A DNA stretch of 24,065 nucleotides from a bacterium (GTDB lineage: Bacteria > Krumholzibacteriota > Krumholzibacteriia > LZORAL124-64-63): NCBI GenBank assembly GCA_031441465.1, contig JANOEP010000017.1, forward strand, positions 1 through 24,065. Reading direction: 5' to 3'. Shown here one piece after another: positions 18,883-24,065 of the stretch. How positions within the stretch are numbered: position 1 is the stretch's first letter; every line of letters begins with the position of its first letter. Under the pieces are notes generated by a model. It was not told the origin of the DNA. It did not search any database and saw only the letters and a list, made by a program, of their open reading frames with translations. The position numbers and the translations under genes are program-made.

Positions 18883-20528
18883 AGCGCCCGCGCGTCGTCG
18901 TCCTCTGCTGGTCGCTGACGGCGTCGGTGTTGATCCTGGCCGGCGCCGGCTGCGACGAATTCGCGGATCCCTACCGCACGATCGTCCCGTCGGGGCGCAT
19001 CCAGGGTCGGGTCAGCACCGGCGGCCAACCGGTCGAGGCGTTCGTCTTCCTGGACCGGATCGATGATCACGACGAGAATCTGTCGATCCGGATGGAGGTC
19101 GCCGCGGACGGGAGCTTCGGCATGGAAGTGCCCGCCGCGGATTACGCCGTCTCACTCCAGTTGGACGAACTGCACCACCGTTACCGCTACGCCACGCCCC
19201 TGGCGTTCTACGGATCCGGGACACCCGATACGGTCCGCGTCGACGAGGCGCACTCGCCCGTGACGACCGATTTCGACCTGGGAGGACTCGCCTTCTCCAT
19301 GGCGGTTTCCTCCCAACTCGACGGCGTGCCGGCCGCCGTGGTCGTGCACCGGCGCGACGATGCCGGAGACCCCTCGTTGCAATCCGCCTTCGACGACGTC
19401 GAGGCCGAGATCGTCGCTGGTCGTCTCGAAGCGCGGTTCACCGGTTTGCTGCCCGGCGCGTACCGGATCGAAGTCGTCTTGGGCGGCTCGTACGATTGGA
19501 GCAGCAGTTACCGGCACGAGCATTTCTGGTTGCCCGGCACGCGCAATCCCGCCGCGTCTCCCTGGTACGAAGTGTCGGCCGACACCGTCGTCACCGTGAA
19601 TGCCGCCTTCACGGCGTTGCCGGCCCGCCTGGAGGGCCGCATCTCGGGAGCCTGGCTCGACTTGACGCCGGACTCCCGCCCGAGGCTGAGCTTCGTGACC
19701 CCGGATTCGACGGAGCTGATCGGCGACCTCGAAGTCGATCGCGACGGTGGCTTCGCCGTCGACTTCCTGCTGCCCGACCCGGTCAAGATCTTCGTCGCCC
19801 AGGAGATGATCGGGCAGTGGATCGGCGGCACGGGTTTCGCCGACGCCGAGGTTTTCAATCCGTCGCCGGGCCAGGCGATCACCGGCATCGACCTCGTGCA
19901 GTGCGGGCTGCTGCTGCGCTTCGTGCTGCACGATCCGCATCCCAGTGTGCTGCAGTTCCGTCTGTTCGATCCCGTCGATCTCACCCTGCTCTCCGTCGTC
20001 GATCTCTATGGGAGTTCCCGTTACGATTTCGGCATTCCCAATCTCAGGCCGGGCGCCTACCTCGCCCACATCGGACCAGAGCACGCCGGCTCCACCTCCT
20101 GGCGGGCGCAGTGGTACGACCGGGCGCCGACGGCCGAGCAAGCGCTCCCCGTCCTGCTCATGGAACCTGGCGAAATCGTCGAATTGGCCCTGACACTGGA
20201 ACGCGGGGGCGAACTCGGAGGGCTCCTGGTGTTGCCCGCAGGATCGGAGTCCGACTACGTCGTCGTCGCCACTCCGGCGCAGGAGTGCGTCGAGTGGGGG
20301 CATCGGCTCGTGTTCCCCGTCGAACCAGGGTTCTCGTTGCTGGGTTTGCCGGACGGCGCGTACAAGGTGGGCGCGGTGCTCTCGGCGGATTACTACGGCG
20401 CGCCGGACTTTCCGCCGGCCGGGTTCGTATGGTATCCCGGCACCACGGACTGGAACGCCGCAGGCATCATCGAGATCATTGACGCCGCGACCGTGTCGGG
20501 CGTGGACATCGTCATCCCGGGCGCGTAG
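18879..20528 (+). CDS. Paralogous five-domain lipoprotein (549 aa)
   Basis: ATG 18879 overlaps the upstream stop (ATGA). Lipobox 'GAG-C'. Same ordered motifs ('FWLPGT', 'QWIGG', 'QWYDRA', 'VWYPGT'). Confidence 0.82.
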   Translation: MKRPRVVVLCWSLTASVLILAGAGCDEFADPYRTIVPSGRIQGRVSTGGQPVEAFVFLDRIDDHDENLSIRMEVAADGSFGMEVPAADYAVSLQLDELHHRYRYATPLAFYGSGTPDTVRVDEAHSPVTTDFDLGGLAFSMAVSSQLDGVPAAVVVHRRDDAGDPSLQSAFDDVEAEIVAGRLEARFTGLLPGAYRIEVVLGGSYDWSSSYRHEHFWLPGTRNPAASPWYEVSADTVVTVNAAFTALPARLEGRISGAWLDLTPDSRPRLSFVTPDSTELIGDLEVDRDGGFAVDFLLPDPVKIFVAQEMIGQWIGGTGFADAEVFNPSPGQAITGIDLVQCGLLLRFVLHDPHPSVLQFRLFDPVDLTLLSVVDLYGSSRYDFGIPNLRPGAYLAHIGPEHAGSTSWRAQWYDRAPTAEQALPVLLMEPGEIVELALTLERGGELGGLLVLPAGSESDYVVVATPAQECVEWGHRLVFPVEPGFSLLGLPDGAYKVGAVLSADYYGAPDFPPAGFVWYPGTTDWNAAGIIEIIDAATVSGVDIVIPGA

Positions 20529-20630
20529 CGCCCGTGCGATATCGGCCCCGTGACCTGGATCCCGCCGGGGCGGCCGCCGCGTTCCCCATTGAACCGGCCG
20601 CCGCCGCCCACCCGAACCCGAGGAGGCGCG

Positions 20631-23054
20631 ATGCGACGCTCGATCATCCTGACGACGGTCTCGGTGCTGGTGCTGCTGGCCGCGCTGTGGTGGCTGCAGG
20701 GCTGCGGCGGCGACGATCCGTCCGGACCGGGCCCCGATCCCGAGCCCCAACCCGTTCCGACCTCCCAGCTGGCGGGCACCGTCGAGTTGCCCGCAGGCTG
20801 GACCGGCGATCCCGCCACCCTGCGGGTGGTCAACGGACTGGCCTCGACGGGCTGCGACGCCGCCGGCGCCTTCTCCCTGAAAGTGCACACCGGACTCGAC
20901 CAGCTGGCCCTGGTCCAGGGGCCCGCGGGCGAAACGGTGCTTATGGGCTGGTTCGGCGACGGGTCCGCAGTGCTCACGACGCGCTCGACCGCCGAAGTGC
21001 TCGCCTGGCTGTCGCTCGGCGCCTGGATGGTTCCCACCGACGGCGCCGAGTCGATCCGCGCGCTGCTGGCCGATCCCACCCTGGACCTCACCGGCGTGCA
21101 GGAAGCTTGGGCGGCGATGCTGGCGGCGACTCCCGACGGGCTTGCGTCCCCGGACCAGGGCCTGCACGACGCCCTGCTCGCCCTGACGTCCTCCCTGGTG
21201 CCCGAACCCGACAAGGGCGTGATCATCGCGCCCGGCGCGCAGCAGAGCGGCGTCGAGGTGCTCAACGAGGGCGGCATCAACCGCATCACCATCAAGAACA
21301 GCTACCGCCGCCGCGCGGCGGGTTTCGTGATGGAGCTGGGCTGGCGCAACACCAACGACGCCGAGCACGAGCTGCCCGACCCGCTCGTGGCCCACGAGCT
21401 GGAAGTGCCGCCGGTGGCCGCCTTCGGCGGCACGATCAACACCATCGTCGGCGCGCTCACCGGCGGCTTCGCCTACGCGCCCGAGTCGATGGACCCGATC
21501 CTGCTGGAGACGCGCGGCGACGCCAAGCGCACCTACTACCGGGTCGACGTGCTCGGCATGGGCCTCGAGGCGCCCGACGACCCTTCCTTGTACACATCCT
21601 ACGAACTCGCCCAGGGCGAGTGGATGACGATGAAGTGCCTGGTGATGGACTACTTCATCCCGATGTTCCTGAACACCGCGGGCGCCGCGGGCACGGTCGC
21701 CGACAACGTCTTCGGCGACGACATCCCCGGCCAGGTGAACGACTTCGTCGGCCTGGTCTCCGGCGCCCTGCCCAACTTCCACGCGCTGGCGACCGACGGG
21801 CAGTTTTGGCCCGCGCTGCTGGAACTGTGGAACGCCGCCCTGACCAACGGCACGCTGCAGGGCTGGGTGCGCGACTTCATCGCCGACGGCTTGCAGGGGG
21901 CCCGCTTCACGGCCGACGAGTCGGCCGCGGTGATGGGCGGGGTCGAGCGGGCCTTCTTCCTGATCGGCATCGCGGACATCGTCGGCAACCTGGCCGACAA
22001 CACGATCACCGGCTACCACTTCGGCCTGTGCAAGAAGGCCGAGAGCTGGGACGTGACGGCCACTAGTCCCGTGATCCACGTCGAGCCGCGCGGCGCACGG
22101 ATCATGGTCCACGGCACCCAGTTGCTGACCCTGGTCGTCGACGACGACACCGGCGGCAACCCCGAGGGCTGGGCCTACGCCTATCGCTGGCGCTGCGCCG
22201 GGGCGCGCGGCACGCTCGTCAATCCCCAGGCTCCGGAAGATACGAGCAACGACTTCTTCACCAGCAGCGCCTTCGTCCAGTACGTGGCCGACGACGGCAG
22301 CGAAGGGATCGAGACGGTCACCTGCGAGCTGCACGTCGCGCTGGGCGGGGAGAGGACCTTCGTGCGTGCGGCGACAGCGACCCTGGAGGTCGTGCGCCGC
22401 CGCATCGTGCTCCCGGACACGATGCTCTCCTGCCCGCGCGGTCAGTTCCGCCTGTCACCGAGCCTCGACCCTCCCTTCGCCGGCGAAGGCACGGTCCGTT
22501 GGCATTGGCGGGGCGGCGGCGCCAACGGCACGCTGCGCGGCCCCGGTAACATCAGCCCTCCGTGGACCTCAACCACCGCGTGGGCCGACTTCCTGGTCGA
22601 CAACGACGGTGGCGACGACGTGGTCACCTGCGTGGCTCGGCTCGACCTCGGCGGAGGCGTCGTCTCACCGGTGGACTCGGTCGACGTCATCATCCGCACG
22701 CCCGTGTTGCCCGAGATTGCGGGGGAGACTTTTTGCAATGAGATTTTGGGTAATGTGAACGGGTATTGCTGGGTGGAATTCCACATCTCGGTCCGCTGGC
22801 AGGCCTTGCCTGGTATTACCAGTTATCGCATCCAGGGCACGGGCTTCAACGACCCCTGGTACTACGGGACGTCGTTCGACGCGACCGTTCAGGAATCCGC
22901 CTGTGTGCACGAAGGTGGCGACCTGCTGTTCGGGCTGACCGGAGGTAGCGGCAACTGGTCATGCGGTGACCCTCCTCCCCCCGAATTGAGTTGCGATGGG
23001 AACATCTGGCGGTTCGCGGGCGCCGTCTGGGTCGTCACGCCGGTCTGTCCCTGA
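20631..23054 (+). CDS. Large modular lipoprotein of unknown function (807 aa)
   Basis: AGGAGG SD before ATG 20631. Lipobox 'LQG-C', Pro-rich linker, beta-rich N-domain, amphipathic helical middle, two Ig-like repeats and a 6-Cys C-terminal module. Confidence 0.85.
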   Translation: MRRSIILTTVSVLVLLAALWWLQGCGGDDPSGPGPDPEPQPVPTSQLAGTVELPAGWTGDPATLRVVNGLASTGCDAAGAFSLKVHTGLDQLALVQGPAGETVLMGWFGDGSAVLTTRSTAEVLAWLSLGAWMVPTDGAESIRALLADPTLDLTGVQEAWAAMLAATPDGLASPDQGLHDALLALTSSLVPEPDKGVIIAPGAQQSGVEVLNEGGINRITIKNSYRRRAAGFVMELGWRNTNDAEHELPDPLVAHELEVPPVAAFGGTINTIVGALTGGFAYAPESMDPILLETRGDAKRTYYRVDVLGMGLEAPDDPSLYTSYELAQGEWMTMKCLVMDYFIPMFLNTAGAAGTVADNVFGDDIPGQVNDFVGLVSGALPNFHALATDGQFWPALLELWNAALTNGTLQGWVRDFIADGLQGARFTADESAAVMGGVERAFFLIGIADIVGNLADNTITGYHFGLCKKAESWDVTATSPVIHVEPRGARIMVHGTQLLTLVVDDDTGGNPEGWAYAYRWRCAGARGTLVNPQAPEDTSNDFFTSSAFVQYVADDGSEGIETVTCELHVALGGERTFVRAATATLEVVRRRIVLPDTMLSCPRGQFRLSPSLDPPFAGEGTVRWHWRGGGANGTLRGPGNISPPWTSTTAWADFLVDNDGGDDVVTCVARLDLGGGVVSPVDSVDVIIRTPVLPEIAGETFCNEILGNVNGYCWVEFHISVRWQALPGITSYRIQGTGFNDPWYYGTSFDATVQESACVHEGGDLLFGLTGGSGNWSCGDPPPPELSCDGNIWRFAGAVWVVTPVCP

Positions 23055-23114
23055 GGGACGCGGGAAGCGGTGACGCCGGGGCGCCGTGCCGTACATACGA
23101 GCAGAAAGGCATCC

Positions 23115-23912
23115 ATGAAAATCGGCACCCACTACCGGCTCCTGTTGCGCGTGAGCACGCTCGTCGCCGTCGTCCTGGCCCTGAAGCTCGTCGTGCATTT
23201 CCTCGGGTGGGAAGTGATCTCGATCAACCCCCTGTTTTCCGGGATCGTCGCCGCCAACATCTTCCTCATGGGGTTCCTGCTCAGCGGCGTCCTGTCCGAC
23301 TACAAGGAGAGCGAGCGCCTGCCGGGGGAGTTGAGCGCCTGCCTCGAGAACCTGTCGCAGGAAGTGTCCGCCATCAAGATCGTCAAGCCGGAGGCCGATG
23401 TCGGCGCCTGCCTGGTCGCACTGGCGCGGCTGAGCCGCGAACTCCTGGAGTGGTTCCACAAGCGGCAGCGCACGGCGGTGTTGCTGGAGCACGTCAACGA
23501 TCTCACGCCCCAGCTGGCCCTGATGGAGCGGTGGTCCCAGGCGACGCTGGTGGCCCGGCTGAAGCAGGAGCAGGGCAACCTGCGGCGCACGATCATCCGC
23601 ATCCACACGATCAGGGAGACCTCCTTCGTGTCCGCCGGCTACCTGCTGGCCGACATCACCACAGTGCTGCTGTGCGTCGGGCTCGTCCTGGCGAAGATCG
23701 AGCCGTTCTACGAGTCGCTGTTCTTCGTCATCGTCATCTCGTACCTGATGGTGTTCCTGCTCATGCTCATCAGGGACCTGGACAACCCTTTCGGCTACTA
23801 CGAGCGCTATTCCGGGGCCGACGTTTCCCTCAGGCCGCTCGAGGACGCGGCCGCCCGCCTTGCGGCCGTCGCCGGCGTTGATGCCACGACTTTCGAAAGG
23901 ACCACCGGGTGA
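23115..23912 (+). CDS. Bestrophin-like / DUF4239-like integral membrane protein (265 aa)
   Basis: AAAGG before ATG 23115. Two N-terminal TM helices, a helical soluble domain, two C-terminal TM helices, then 'DLDNPF'. Confidence 0.7.
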   Translation: MKIGTHYRLLLRVSTLVAVVLALKLVVHFLGWEVISINPLFSGIVAANIFLMGFLLSGVLSDYKESERLPGELSACLENLSQEVSAIKIVKPEADVGACLVALARLSRELLEWFHKRQRTAVLLEHVNDLTPQLALMERWSQATLVARLKQEQGNLRRTIIRIHTIRETSFVSAGYLLADITTVLLCVGLVLAKIEPFYESLFFVIVISYLMVFLLMLIRDLDNPFGYYERYSGADVSLRPLEDAAARLAAVAGVDATTFERTTG

Positions 23913-23973
23913 CCGCCGGCGCTTCCCCCGGCCGCGGAACGCCGCTGAAATCCCCGGCGGGGTGGCGATCGTG

Positions 23974-24065
23974 ATGAGGTGCGTCGCCCTGCTGCGCGGC
24001 GTCAACGTCGGCCGCGCCAAGCGCGTCGCCATGGCGGACCTGAGGCGCCTGGTCGAAAGCCTCGG
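23974..24065 (+). CDS. DUF1697 family protein, 5' part (runs off the window)
   Basis: Translates 'MRCVALLRGVNVGRAKRVAMADLRRLVESL', matching the ALLRGINVGG..V.MA.LR N-terminal signature. Alternative GTG start at 23971. Confidence 0.85.
   Translation, partial: MRCVALLRGVNVGRAKRVAMADLRRLVESL

Noticed and set aside
20567..20602. GGCGGCCG / CGGCCGCC inverted repeat between lipoprotein genes
   Set aside because: GC-only arms, long loop and no U-tract, so likely to arise by chance at this GC content.
19152..22334. 1060-aa minus-strand ORF
   Set aside because: Antisense to two lipoprotein genes that have SDs, lipoboxes and repeat structure.

Overview
GC-rich bacterial chromosomal window with no rRNA, tRNA or CRISPR array that I can see. 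A C-terminal 'S-F/W-G-x-I-K-x-L-Y-R' tail and an FlgD-Ig remnant suggest, by inference only, an FCB-associated lineage such as Krumholzibacteriota, Latescibacterota or Eisenbacteria. From left to right: (1) a decayed mobile region containing a truncated, internally deleted DDE/rve transposase, an AT-rich insert and an FlgD-Ig fragment. A ~50-bp sequence at 1-50 recurs at 4544-4593 and brackets three exported-protein genes and an unannotated 29-aa membrane microprotein. (2) A Tat-like, Cys-rich V4R/DUF6144-type gene. (3) A DUF47-pit phosphate transport operon with a 15-codon mini-ORF overlapping the pit start codon. (4) A secreted Cys-rich protein with a putative C-terminal sorting tail, then an AsmA/DUF748-like gene. 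(5) A nucleotidyltransferase plus small-ORF pair trailing a Bacillus-type fadN-fadA-fadE beta-oxidation operon, which has a clear sigma70 promoter and a candidate operator. (6) Divergently, four consecutive lipoprotein genes: an alkaline-phosphatase-superfamily enzyme, two collinear five-domain beta-sandwich paralogs and a large modular lipoprotein with an apparently swapped C-terminal tip. (7) A bestrophin-like membrane protein and the start of a DUF1697 gene. The best candidates for undescribed biology are the lipoprotein cluster, the C-terminal sorting tail, the pit coupling mini-ORF and the repeat-bounded segment. All family calls are from motif recognition by eye, without database searches.
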